Source: an uncultured Erysipelotrichaceae bacterium (GTDB taxonomy: Bacteria > Bacillota_I > Bacilli_A > Erysipelotrichales > Erysipelotrichaceae). Taken from it: a stretch of DNA of 64,000 bases. The stretch covers positions 32,562 to 96,561 of the forward strand of contig CALVFL010000019.1 in assembly GCA_944326825.1 (NCBI GenBank). The letters are read 5' to 3'. Position 1 is the stretch's first letter, and every line of letters begins with the position of its first letter. Below, piece by piece: positions 17,334 through 26,056 of this stretch. Below the pieces are notes generated by a model, which worked only from the letters and a program-made list of their open reading frames with translations, did not search any database and was not told the origin of the DNA. A program made the position numbers and the translations under genes.

Positions 17334-18128
17334 TTAATCAAGTAGCATTCGATCGCTGATGATATTATCATCGCCGCTTGCTTCAAATCTTATCAATAGA
17401 TCATTGACAGTCAGGTTCTTTTTTTCTTCGCCTTTAATATCTAAAACGATCTTGCCTTTATTCATCATGATCAGACGATTGCCATAGTTGATGGCATCTT
17501 TCATATTATGAGTGACCATGAGGGTAGTAAGCTTGTTTTCGGCAACGATCTTTTCTGTCAGTTCCAAGACTGTCTTAGCGGTCTTTGGATCAAGGGCTGC
17601 GGTATGTTCGTCTAAAAGTAATAGATTAGGTTTGACTAAAGTTGCCATCAGTAAAGTTAAAGCTTGTCTTTGACCTCCTGAAAGCAGTCCAACCTTAGCA
17701 TTTAAACGATTCTCAAGACCCAGATCAAGAGTTTTCAACAAGTTTTGATATTCACTCTTTTCACTTTTTAAAATACCTTTTCTTAAAGTTCTGATCTTGC
17801 CACGCCTTTTGGCGATGCTCATGTTTTCTTCAATGGAAAGATCCTTACAGGTGCCGCTGTTTGGGTCCTGGAAGACCCGGCTGATATATTTGGCTCTTTT
17901 GTTTTCGATCATCTTGGAAACATCGACATCATCAATAAAGATCTTGCCTTCGTCCATCATGATCGAGCCGGCAATAAGATTGAGCAGTGTAGATTTGCCT
18001 GCTCCGTTGCCACCGATAACGGTTATGAAATCACCATCTTCGATCTTTAGCGATAAATCAGTAATGACTTTATTTTCATTGATCGTATTGGCATGAAATG
18101 TTTTATAGAGGTTATGAATGGAAATCAT
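17334..18128 (-). CDS. ABC transporter ATP-binding protein (COG1101-type)
   Basis: GGNGAGKSTLLN, LSGGQRQAL and LLLDEHTAALD. ATGA overlap with the permease gene. Confidence 0.88.
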   Translation of the reverse strand: MISIHNLYKTFHANTINENKVITDLSLKIEDGDFITVIGGNGAGKSTLLNLIAGSIMMDEGKIFIDDVDVSKMIENKRAKYISRVFQDPNSGTCKDLSIEENMSIAKRRGKIRTLRKGILKSEKSEYQNLLKTLDLGLENRLNAKVGLLSGGQRQALTLLMATLVKPNLLLLDEHTAALDPKTAKTVLELTEKIVAENKLTTLMVTHNMKDAINYGNRLIMMNKGKIVLDIKGEEKKNLTVNDLLIRFEASGDDNIISDRMLLD

Positions 18129-19012
18129 GATCTTTTGACCTTCGACTTTCTAAAGTTGAGATTAGTCATCGCTATGGCGATAGCGACGATGATGGCAGTA
18201 AATAAACGCATATCATTAGCAGAGATAAAGTCGGTATTGATGACTAGAGCGACGATCAGACGGTAGATGATCGAACCGATGATGATGCCGATAAGCGTAA
18301 TAAAGAAGTTTTTATTCTTGAAGATGACTTCCCCGATGATCACTGATGCCAGACCGACAACGATGGCTCCGATGCCCTGTCCGACATCAGCATAGCCGTT
18401 ATATTGAGAAACCAAAGCTCCTGATAAAGCGATCAGCCCGTTTGAAAGCATCAGTCCGGCGATGATCGTTACATTGGAATTGACGCCGTTGGCTCTGATC
18501 ATCTGATCGTTGCTGCCGGTAGCGATGATGCTGAAACCGAATTCAGTATTGAAAAACCAGATCAGTCCCAAAACGATGATGATCGCAACCAGTATTCCTA
18601 AAACGATCGTAGCGTCACGATCTCTTGTGAAACCTAAAAGATCGGCGGCATTAGTTAAAAGCGTATCATCCATGTTTAAAGGAATGTTGGCTTTGCCCAT
18701 GATCCGCAAGTTGATCGAATAAAGTCCTGTCATTGATAAGATACCGGCTAAAAGTGAAGGAATCTTTAGTTTGGTGTGTAAAAAGCCAGTCACAAAGCCA
18801 GCTAAAGAGCCGCCCAGCGTCGCTATTAAAGTAGCTAATAAAGGCGGTATGCCATTGACAATGCAGGTAGCTACTAAAGCCCCGCCTAAGGCAAAAGCAC
18901 TCTCGCTTGTCAGATCTGAAATATTCAAGATACGGTATGTTATGTGAATGCCTATCGCCAGTATTGCCCAAAGCAAGCCTTGCGATATAGCTGAAATGAT
19001 TATTGAATTCAT
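18125..19012 (-). CDS. ABC transporter permease (COG4120-type)
   Basis: 295 aa polytopic protein lying between the substrate-binding protein and the ATPase. Confidence 0.85.
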   Translation of the reverse strand: MNSIIISAISQGLLWAILAIGIHITYRILNISDLTSESAFALGGALVATCIVNGIPPLLATLIATLGGSLAGFVTGFLHTKLKIPSLLAGILSMTGLYSINLRIMGKANIPLNMDDTLLTNAADLLGFTRDRDATIVLGILVAIIIVLGLIWFFNTEFGFSIIATGSNDQMIRANGVNSNVTIIAGLMLSNGLIALSGALVSQYNGYADVGQGIGAIVVGLASVIIGEVIFKNKNFFITLIGIIIGSIIYRLIVALVINTDFISANDMRLFTAIIVAIAIAMTNLNFRKSKVKRS

Positions 19013-19024
19013 ATTTCCCCCTGT

Positions 19025-19993
19025 TTATTCGCTGATGTCGATACCTTTAGCGATGATGCTCTGCGGAATTTCAAAACCGATCTCATCAGCTGTATTCAAG
19101 TTATAGTAAACGGAAAATTCTTTTTGAGTTTCGATCGGCAGTTCATTTATCGTCTTTTCGCCTTTTAAGATCGAAACGGCCATTTCACCGCTTTGATAAC
19201 CGATCGTGTAGTAATCAACGCCAAGTGAAGCCAGACCGCCGCTTTTTGCAGCGTTGCTTTCACCGCAGACGACCGGCAGTTTGTTCTCTTTGGCAAAGAT
19301 CGCCACTGAACCCATGGCACTGGCGATATTATTGTCTGTCGGCACATATAAGAGATCGATCTCACCTTTAAAAGCTTCTAAAGTATCATTGATGACTGTC
19401 TTGTCCGATACGGTCTTAATGATCGTTTCAATACCTTCTTCCTTGGCTGATTCAGCCATTTGAGTGGCCTGTATTTCAGAATTAGGTTCACTTGATGTAT
19501 AGATGATGCCGATCGTCTTGACATCCGGCACAAGTTCTTTGATGAGTTGGATCTGGTCATCGCTTGGGCAGTTATCGCTGACCCCGGTAATATAACCTTC
19601 TGGTGCTTCGATATTCTCCACGATGCCGGCTTCCTTAAAGTCGGTAATGGCTGTAGCGATGATCGGTGTATCATAATTGGCTTTCTTTAAAGCTAAAGCC
19701 GGATTGGTTCCGATAGCCAAGATCAGATCATTGTCATCACTGACTAAAGAATCAGCCATCATGGCTAAACTTGAAGGATCACTTTGAGGATTCTCATAAT
19801 CAAGAGTCAAGTTCTCTCCTTCAATAAAACCGTTATCCTTTAAAGCATCCATAAAGCCTTCTCTTGAAAGATCGAGAGCATCATGAGTCATCTGCTGCAA
19901 GATAGCGATCTTAAAAGTACCATCATTGCTGCTGCAGGCACTAAGACTGAAAAGAAAACTCATCACCACTAATAAACTTAAAAACTTTTTCAT
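19025..19993 (-). CDS. ABC substrate-binding lipoprotein (COG2984-type), copy 1, behind the Tyr T-box
   Basis: Lipobox LSAC. Roughly 45 percent identity by eye to the copy at 20322..21293. Confidence 0.85.
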   Translation of the reverse strand: MKKFLSLLVVMSFLFSLSACSSNDGTFKIAILQQMTHDALDLSREGFMDALKDNGFIEGENLTLDYENPQSDPSSLAMMADSLVSDDNDLILAIGTNPALALKKANYDTPIIATAITDFKEAGIVENIEAPEGYITGVSDNCPSDDQIQLIKELVPDVKTIGIIYTSSEPNSEIQATQMAESAKEEGIETIIKTVSDKTVINDTLEAFKGEIDLLYVPTDNNIASAMGSVAIFAKENKLPVVCGESNAAKSGGLASLGVDYYTIGYQSGEMAVSILKGEKTINELPIETQKEFSVYYNLNTADEIGFEIPQSIIAKGIDISE

Positions 19994-20021
19994 ACTTTTT
20001 ACTCCTTTTATGCCAAGAAAT

Positions 20022-20275
20022 AAAAAAGCCGTCCCCCAAAGGACGACTTGCTCGTGTTACCACCTTTATTCATCTTTACATCACTGTAAAAATCTCGATA
20101 AGCCACTATCATGGCCCAACACTTTAACGGGTGTTAAGCGTGTCTTTCTACTTCTCTAAGTTTCAAAAGACCCCCTACCTGATGTATTCAACATGGCTTA
20201 CTAGCCGTTTCCATCACCCACGGCCTTGCTGTAAGTTAAGTTGCATGTTTACTATTTCAGATCACAGCGTTTTAC
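20022..20275 (-). promoter_or_regulatory. T-box leader with specifier UAC (Tyr)
   Basis: On the minus strand, an AGUA box is followed by the stem AACAUG..CAUGUU and then the specifier loop GAA-UAC-A (UAC at 20186..20184). The T-box sequence AAAGGUGGUAACACG lies at 20051-20068. The terminator is GUCGUCC-uuuggg-GGACGGC followed by UUUUUU. Confidence 0.85.
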
Positions 20276-20289
20276 TTCTTGATGAATAA

Positions 20290-20318
20290 ATCTTATGAAA
20301 TATCGTTTCCTTTGTCAA
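20290..20318 (-). promoter_or_regulatory. Promoter TTGACA-17-TAAGAT for the Tyr T-box transcript
   Basis: The -35 is 20318..20313 and the -10 is 20295..20290. It lies immediately after the stop of the upstream binding-protein gene. Confidence 0.55.
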
Positions 20319-20321
20319 GTA

Positions 20322-21293
20322 TTATTTAGCCATGTCTATGCCGCTTTCGAGGATCGGCTGAGGTATCGTGAAGTTCATCTTTTCCGCAACATAAGAATTA
20401 TAGTAAATATCAGAATTCTCTTCCGTCATAAAATAGATCGGCAGTTCGCTCACTTCCACTTCACCTTCAATGATCTTGACGGCATTTAAACCGGTCTGAT
20501 AACCCAGATCATAATAATTGACTCCGATCGAAGCCAGACCGCCATCAGCTACCATCGTATCACAGCCGACGATGACTGGGATAGCATTTTCAGTAGCGAT
20601 CGTTTCAACACTGGCCATTGAAGAAGCCAAAGGATTATCAGTCGGGATATAGATCGCATCAACATCGCCGATAAAGGCATTCATCGCATCATTGACCATC
20701 GTCAGATCAGAGATCGTCTTTTCTACTACTTCCCAGCCTTTATCGCTAGCAGCTTTTTTCATTTGTTCGGCCTGCACGATCGAATTCTGTTCACTTGAGG
20801 TATATAAAAGACCGACTCTTTTGACATCGCCGACAAGATCTTCAATGAGATCCATCTGCATGGCCATATCACAATAATCGCTGCTGCCGGAAATATTGCC
20901 GCCCGGCTTTTCGTTATAAGCCACGAGACCCACTTCCTCATAATCAGTGATCGCTGTGCCTAAGATCGGAATCGTATCAGTTTCCTGCTGCAAAGCCTGA
21001 GCTGAACCGGTACCGATAGCTAAGATAAGTGCTGGTTCATCTAAGACCAGCTGTTGTGCCATCGTCGCTAAAGATGATTTATCGTTGTTGGGATTTTGAA
21101 ATTCTATGCTCAAATTCTCCCCTTCAACATAGCCTTCATCATTTAAAGCTGCCATAAAACCTTCATAGGCCTTGTTTAAAGCTTCATGATCCATCAGCTG
21201 CAAAACACCGATCTTGACAGTATTCTCGTCAGTTTCTTCACTGCAGCCGCAAAGTGTTACAAGCAAGATCAAACAAAGTAATAATTTTTTCAT
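20322..21293 (-). CDS. ABC substrate-binding lipoprotein (COG2984-type), copy 2, behind the Phe T-box
   Basis: Lipobox LCGC. Paralog of 19025..19993. Confidence 0.85.
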   Translation of the reverse strand: MKKLLLCLILLVTLCGCSEETDENTVKIGVLQLMDHEALNKAYEGFMAALNDEGYVEGENLSIEFQNPNNDKSSLATMAQQLVLDEPALILAIGTGSAQALQQETDTIPILGTAITDYEEVGLVAYNEKPGGNISGSSDYCDMAMQMDLIEDLVGDVKRVGLLYTSSEQNSIVQAEQMKKAASDKGWEVVEKTISDLTMVNDAMNAFIGDVDAIYIPTDNPLASSMASVETIATENAIPVIVGCDTMVADGGLASIGVNYYDLGYQTGLNAVKIIEGEVEVSELPIYFMTEENSDIYYNSYVAEKMNFTIPQPILESGIDMAK

Positions 21294-21311
21294 CTAAGCC
21301 CCTTCCTAACA

Positions 21312-21560
21312 AATAAAAAGACCGTCCGCCTAAGGACGATCTATCGCGTTACCACCTTAATTTATCTGCATGTTGCCATACAGACCTCAAAGACCACCAA
21401 CATGGCCTAATATTTTAACGGTTATTAACCGGAATGCTCTACTGTCATTTCAAGCACCCTACTCAATGAGGAATTCCATACCATCTTGTTTATCCGTTTA
21501 CACCAGCCACGGACTCTCTTTAAACGCTGATCGTATGTACTGGTTCATTTCAACGCATTT
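21312..21560 (-). promoter_or_regulatory. T-box leader with specifier UUC (Phe)
   Basis: The minus strand has the AG bulge AAAGAGAGUCC, the distal loop GGUGUAA, and an AGUA box. The stem CAUAC..GUAUG is followed by GAA-UUC-C (UUC at 21473..21471). The T-box sequence UUAAGGUGGUAACGCG lies at 21341-21360. The terminator is GAUCGUCC-uuaggc-GGACGGUC followed by UUUUUAUUU. Confidence 0.85.
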
Positions 21561-21574
21561 ATTTGTATGAAAAT

Positions 21575-21603
21575 ATCGTAAAACATTTCATGAAAAATGT
21601 AAA
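21575..21603 (-). promoter_or_regulatory. Candidate promoter TTTACA-17-TACGAT for the Phe T-box transcript
   Basis: The -35 is 21603..21598 and the -10 is 21580..21575. Confidence 0.4.
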
Positions 21604-21621
21604 TACAAAACAAGAAAAAAG

Positions 21622-22101
21622 TTATTTTTTTCTCTGACCCAGGAAATTACGGCCTTCACTGCGCTTTTTAAGAGCTTTATTAGTCGTTTCTTTATCGCTT
21701 AAAGCTTTTAATAAGTAAGAGTTGGCTTTATTGGACTGATAAGTCTTTGTTGAAAGCATCTGGCCGTTATTCAAGATGAAATAGACAAGACCGATGTTTG
21801 AGGAAGTCATCCTGACTCCCCACTCATCTATCTCTTCGTAGTCAATGACCTGTATATTGCCATCATCGAGGAAAAGATAAACTTTATCATCTTTAAAACC
21901 TAAGACATTTTTATCTTTGACATAGTATAAACAAAAAAGAGCCAGTAAAATTCCAGCGATCCCGATCGATCTGGCCAGCCAGTAAGGAATGATCAAAAAG
22001 ACGATCCCAAGTCCCAGCACGGCAAAGATCTCGACCCGAGGCCGATATTTAATAAGTACAAGCTCATTGATATTAACTTCTTCTTTTTTTATTTCAATCA
22101 T
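21622..22101 (-). CDS. Hypothetical membrane protein (2 TM plus a C-terminal soluble domain)
   Basis: Start set at ATG 22101, because the ORF-track GTG at 22143 would overlap tRNA-Leu. TM segments are IFAVLGLGIVFLIIPYWL and IGIAGILLALFCLYYV. Confidence 0.6.
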   Translation of the reverse strand: MIEIKKEEVNINELVLIKYRPRVEIFAVLGLGIVFLIIPYWLARSIGIAGILLALFCLYYVKDKNVLGFKDDKVYLFLDDGNIQVIDYEEIDEWGVRMTSSNIGLVYFILNNGQMLSTKTYQSNKANSYLLKALSDKETTNKALKKRSEGRNFLGQRKK

Positions 22102-22115
22102 AATAATTTTAAAAA

Positions 22116-22201
22116 TGGTGCGCCCGATGGGACTTGAACCCACAAGCCTAGAAGGCGCCGGCTTCTGAGACCGACACGTTTACCAATTTCGTCACGGACG
22201 C
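22116..22201 (-). tRNA. tRNA-Leu (anticodon CAG)
   Basis: Hand-folded. Acceptor is GCGTCCG/CGGGCGC. The D-arm is ACG-AAATTGGTAAA-CGT and the anticodon loop is CTCAGAA. Has a long variable arm, a T-loop GGGTTCAAGTCCC, and an encoded CCA. Confidence 0.88.
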
Positions 22202-22238
22202 ATAGTTTAAACCTGCCTTGGCAGGTAAATATTTAAAA

Positions 22239-22314
22239 TGGTGACCCGTACGGGATTTGAACCCGTGAATGTCGCCTTGAGAGGGCGATGTGTTAACCGT
22301 TTCACCAACGGGCC
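22239..22314 (-). tRNA. tRNA-Glu (anticodon CUC)
   Basis: GGCCCGTTGGTGAAACGGTTAACACATCGCCCTCTCAAGGCGACATTCACGGGTTCAAATCCCGTACGGGTCACCA. Near-identical in architecture to Bacillus tRNA-Glu, but with the anticodon loop CTCTCAA. Confidence 0.88.
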
Positions 22315-22333
22315 AGAAGGAGTTTCCTCCTTT

Positions 22334-22690
22334 TTATTTGCTTAAAGCTTCTTTAGCTGTATCACAGATCGTCTTGAAACCGGCTTCATCATGAATAGCG
22401 ATCTCAGAGAGCATCTTTCTGTTGACAGTCACATTAGCGCTCTTTAAACCGTGCATAAGTTTAGAATAGCTTAAACCGTTCATTCTGGCCGCTGCATTGA
22501 TACGAGCAATCCAAAGCTTGCGCATTTCTCTTTTTAACTGTTTTCTGCCGATATATGAATATCTTAAAGATCTCATTACCTGCTCATTGGCAGTACGGTA
22601 TAAAAGATGCTTAGAGCCAAAATAACCCTTAGCTAACTTTAAGACTCTTTTACGTCTATTTCTTGTAGGTGTTGATCCTTTAACTCTCAT
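22334..22690 (-). CDS. rplT: 50S ribosomal protein L20
   Basis: 118 aa beginning [27 protein letters not shown]. Sits in the infC-rpmI-rplT order. Confidence 0.95.
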   Translation of the reverse strand: MRVKGSTPTRNRRKRVLKLAKGYFGSKHLLYRTANEQVMRSLRYSYIGRKQLKREMRKLWIARINAAARMNGLSYSKLMHGLKSANVTVNRKMLSEIAIHDEAGFKTICDTAKEALSK

Positions 22691-22701
22691 TGCTTAACCT
22701 C

Positions 22702-22896
22702 CTAACCTTGTAATAAATCCTTAGTACGTTTAACATCTGTCTTATCCATGATGGCAGATGATCTTAACTGTACTTTCTGTTTATGAGTTTTGTTGGCGGC
22801 AAAGTGAGATGTATAAGCGTGATGTCTTTTGATCTTACCAGTGCCTGTGACCTTTACTCTTTTCGCAAAGGTTCTCTTAGTTTTCATTTTTGGCAT
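22702..22896 (-). CDS. rpmI: 50S ribosomal protein L35
   Basis: 64 aa beginning [24 protein letters not shown]. Confidence 0.95.
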   Translation of the reverse strand: MPKMKTKRTFAKRVKVTGTGKIKRHHAYTSHFAANKTHKQKVQLRSSAIMDKTDVKRTKDLLQG

Positions 22897-22907
22897 TTGC
22901 TTTCCTC

Positions 22908-23435
22908 CTATTTCCTTTTAGGTGCTATAACACAAGACATAGTGTTACCTTCAAGACTTGGTTTCTTTTCGATCGTTCCAAACTCTGAAAGTTTTTGAGT
23001 AAAGTCATTCATGATCTTCATGCCGACTTCCTGACGGGTGATCAAACGACCTCTAAAGCGCATGTCGATTTTGACTTTCATGTCGCCCTGCAGCCATTTG
23101 GTAGCCTGTTTAAGCTTCGTTTCAAAATCATGCACATCGATGACCGGTGATAAACGCAAAGGTTTAACTTCCGTAACATGCTGATTCTTTTTAGCTTCTT
23201 TAGCTTTCTTTTGAGCTTCAAAACGATAACGTCCGTAATCCAGGATCTTGCAGACCGGAACCTTAGCATTCGGTGCCACACACAGTAAGTCCAGATCTTG
23301 ATCGTAAGCAGTGTCTAGGGCTTGACGGCGTGACATCACACCTAACTGTTCCCCGTTTGATCCGATAACTAAAACTTCTTTAAAGCGGATGTTTTCATTT
23401 ACCAGATCTTCTGTTTGTTTTCCTCTTGTGATAAT
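22908..23435 (-). CDS. infC: Translation initiation factor IF-3, probably with an AUU start
   Basis: [53 protein letters not shown] at 23445..23441 is followed 5 nt later by an in-frame ATT at 23435. The ORF-track GTG at 23474 has no SD. Confidence 0.85.
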   Translation of the reverse strand: MITRGKQTEDLVNENIRFKEVLVIGSNGEQLGVMSRRQALDTAYDQDLDLLCVAPNAKVPVCKILDYGRYRFEAQKKAKEAKKNQHVTEVKPLRLSPVIDVHDFETKLKQATKWLQGDMKVKIDMRFRGRLITRQEVGMKIMNDFTQKLSEFGTIEKKPSLEGNTMSCVIAPKRK

Positions 23436-23636
23436 AGTTACCTCCAATAAAATAAAAAGCGAGTCAAAGCCCACTTAGAATAATTACTAATCATCTATAT
23501 AGCAATTATACCCATGCCTTAAGACATCAGGTGAGAAGTGGCCTTCTTCTTTCTACATACTTTTTATTACTTGAATATACTAGCATATTTATAACCTATA
23601 TGCAAGCATAATTCCCTTAAAAACCGCTAAACTTCT

Positions 23637-24110
23637 TTAAATCTTGATATTATAGCGCTTTAGATCGATCTTGCCGTCATCTTCAAAAGTAAGCAATCCA
23701 AAAGATGGCGGACTGCCGTCACGATTGTGCGAACATGAGCCGGGATTGATAAGTCTTATGCCATCTTCCCTGACATCTGTAAAACGATGCGTATGTCCGA
23801 AAAAGACGACATCGCAAGCGAGTTCCTTAGCCCTTTTAATAAGCAGATCATATCGTCCCAGCGAGATATAGTGATGGCCATGGGTCATAAAAACATTGTG
23901 ATCATTGATCGTTATTACCCGCTCTTTGGGATAACTTTGATCAAAATCGTTGTTTCCTCTAACTGATATGAAAGGCTTCAATTCATCTTCATACATTTCA
24001 GAATCGCCTAAATGAAGATAATAGTTCATATCGCTGAAGTCTTCTGCCAGCTTGTTTAAGATCCGTTTATTAAAATGATTATCTGAAACCAATAATACTT
24101 TCTTACTCAT
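23637..24110 (-). CDS. YfcE/MJ0936-family metallophosphoesterase
   Basis: Motifs VSDNH, LGDSE, RGNNDF, THGHH and FGHTH. The ATG at 24110 overlaps the murI stop. Confidence 0.8.
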   Translation of the reverse strand: MSKKVLLVSDNHFNKRILNKLAEDFSDMNYYLHLGDSEMYEDELKPFISVRGNNDFDQSYPKERVITINDHNVFMTHGHHYISLGRYDLLIKRAKELACDVVFFGHTHRFTDVREDGIRLINPGSCSHNRDGSPPSFGLLTFEDDGKIDLKRYNIKI

Positions 24111-24816
24111 AGAATATGACCTTTTCACAAACATATTTATTGATAAAAGTCAGATTATTTAAACTTTTATCCATCAAAAGATACAGTCTGCCATTTCCTT
24201 TTAGATCATCAGTCTTGAAATCCAGAGCTGTCGAATCATAGACAGGCACCTGATAGTATTCTTCAAAAAGATGCTTAACGATCGGAAAATGGGTACAACC
24301 TAGAATCATTATATCAGGTTTAAAACTGATTGTCTTAAATTCTGCATACAAATACTCTTTGATCTTGCCTTCATCTTCAAATCTCTCCAGCTTGCCAGCC
24401 AGCTCATCCAAAGCCTTGACATAAACATTCTGATAACCTTTTAAAGCCAGCTCTTTTTGATAGCGGCCCATTTCACAGGTGGTCTTAGTGGCAAAGATAA
24501 GGATCTTAGCATCAAGCGATACATCTAACTGATCGATCGTAGCTTTGATGATGTCGTAGAGGATAAGATCATCATGCCTTTTGAAATCGACCAAAGAGCA
24601 GACTGTATTGCAGGCCAAAATGATATCTTTGATGCCAAATGAGCGAAAGATGGCAAAATTATTCTCGATGATCTTTTTGACCTCTTCTCTGTCTTTATTT
24701 CCATAAGGGGCATTTTTCTGATCGCCGATATATAAAATATCGCTTTGGGGATTATCTTTACGGATCTTATTCAATTCTAAAAGTCCGCCTAACCCTGAAT
24801 CATATACGCCTATCAT
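24103..24816 (-). CDS. murI: Glutamate racemase
   Basis: YDSGLGGL, YIGDQKNAPYG, ACNT and GCTHFP. Confidence 0.88.
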   Translation of the reverse strand: MIGVYDSGLGGLLELNKIRKDNPQSDILYIGDQKNAPYGNKDREEVKKIIENNFAIFRSFGIKDIILACNTVCSLVDFKRHDDLILYDIIKATIDQLDVSLDAKILIFATKTTCEMGRYQKELALKGYQNVYVKALDELAGKLERFEDEGKIKEYLYAEFKTISFKPDIMILGCTHFPIVKHLFEEYYQVPVYDSTALDFKTDDLKGNGRLYLLMDKSLNNLTFINKYVCEKVIFYE

Positions 24817-24825
24817 TATCCGACC

Positions 24826-25338
24826 TCATCTTAAAAGCCAGTCGGCACCCTTGATGGCTTCTTTTAAAGAAAGATCATTAAATCCCGTCTGTCTTAAACA
24901 CTCATAAGCTCCGATCGCTACACAGTTGGAAAGATTCAGACTGCGGGCATTGGCTTTCATAGGAAAACGGTAAGTATCATCCAAATGATCTCTTAAGATC
25001 TCTTTGGGGATACCGGTCGATTCTTTGCCAAATAAAAGATAAATGTCTTCCCCTTCATTAGTACTCTTAAAATCACATTCCGTAAAACACTTCAGACCAT
25101 AACGGGAAAAATAGACCATGCGGCCATGATTGTTTTTGATGAAATCATCATAATCACGATAAACATGATAATCTAAAAACTCAACATAATCCATGGCAGC
25201 TCTTTTTAAATGCTTCTCATCAAGCGAAAAGCCCAGCGGTTCAATCAGATGCAAACGCATCCCGAACGCCGAACAAGTCCGCATGATATTACCGGTATTC
25301 TGCGGTATTTCCGGCTCATATAAAACAATGTTAATCAT
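24826..25338 (-). CDS. trmL: tRNA (cytidine/uridine-34 2'-O)-methyltransferase, SpoU/TrmL type
   Basis: 170 aa with INIVLYEPEIPQNTGNIMRTC and a C-terminal SLNLSN knot motif. Confidence 0.85.
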   Translation of the reverse strand: MINIVLYEPEIPQNTGNIMRTCSAFGMRLHLIEPLGFSLDEKHLKRAAMDYVEFLDYHVYRDYDDFIKNNHGRMVYFSRYGLKCFTECDFKSTNEGEDIYLLFGKESTGIPKEILRDHLDDTYRFPMKANARSLNLSNCVAIGAYECLRQTGFNDLSLKEAIKGADWLLR

Positions 25339-26056
25339 ATTTTGACCTTCTTTTCATAAAATTTAAAACCAGGAATATTAAAACCAGCAGGATGACAAAG
25401 ACAGCGGCGATCCCCAAGACCAGATCATAAAAGAAACCCTCAGGTACCATTTTGATCATGATGTCCTTACTAGGATCTAAAAGCCAGAGATCATTAGTAA
25501 AGAACAGTTTATGAAACTGGTTCCAGAAACGGTTGAAATCGACAAAGCACATCAAAGCGATCGCTATAAGCACCGCTAGAAAACCGACAAGAACATTCCT
25601 GAAACTTTGATAAAGCAGCTTAAAAAGACCTTTCGTCTTTGCGATGAGCAGATAGACAAGCGACACGATAAAGACAGCGACCGCTATATACAAAACCGTA
25701 TTGACATTAGCATAAAGTGCTCGGACATCGACCATGTGGGCTTTTTCTTTATCGTTGAAGATCTCCTGATATTTGCCATCAACTTCTCCATAAACGACCA
25801 TATCATCCCTTTCGCCCTTGATATATTCCAACAGTACATCCGTCGCCTTCAAAAGATCCTCATGATCTAATCCGGTGCTTTCTTCGATATTCAATTTGGC
25901 ATATTCATGAATATAAAACTTCTCATTAAAACAAAGATATTCAATACTGCCGATAAAAGCGCTGATGACTAAAGCTATCGCTAAAAGATAACTAGCTGTT
26001 TTCTTCAAAATATTCCACCAGCTTTCTAAAGGCTTTATAACGATGGGAGAGTTCAT
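25331..26056 (-). CDS. Integral membrane protein (TIGR01906/DUF1461-like)
   Basis: Multi-TM protein. The start is uncertain: the ATG at 26056 overlaps rdgB by 65 nt, and a TTG at 26008 preceded by GGTGG is an alternative. Confidence 0.6.
   Translation of the reverse strand: MNSPIVIKPLESWWNILKKTASYLLAIALVISAFIGSIEYLCFNEKFYIHEYAKLNIEESTGLDHEDLLKATDVLLEYIKGERDDMVVYGEVDGKYQEIFNDKEKAHMVDVRALYANVNTVLYIAVAVFIVSLVYLLIAKTKGLFKLLYQSFRNVLVGFLAVLIAIALMCFVDFNRFWNQFHKLFFTNDLWLLDPSKDIMIKMVPEGFFYDLVLGIAAVFVILLVLIFLVLNFMKRRSKYD

Noticed and set aside
22102-22143. ORF-track N-terminal extension of the 21622 gene
   Set aside because: It would overlap the tRNA-Leu gene (22116..22201). The internal ATG at 22101 gives a sensible protein. 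Similar over-long starts were trimmed for the genes at 5439, 12661, 16753, 23637, 25992, 29316, 29589, 40078, 40946, 43342, 51223 and 53837 on SD and neighbour-gene evidence.
22116-22201. Possible tRNA-Sec, because the anticodon region contains TCA and the variable arm is long
   Set aside because: The only fold with U33 and a purine at position 37 gives the loop CTCAGAA and the anticodon CAG. The acceptor stem is 7 bp and the D-arm is Leu-like. No selA, selB or selD context is present.
22202-22238. Hairpin ACCUGCC..GGCAGGU between the two tRNAs as a terminator
   Set aside because: It has a very small loop and only UUU followed by A-rich sequence. It is more likely a processing spacer.
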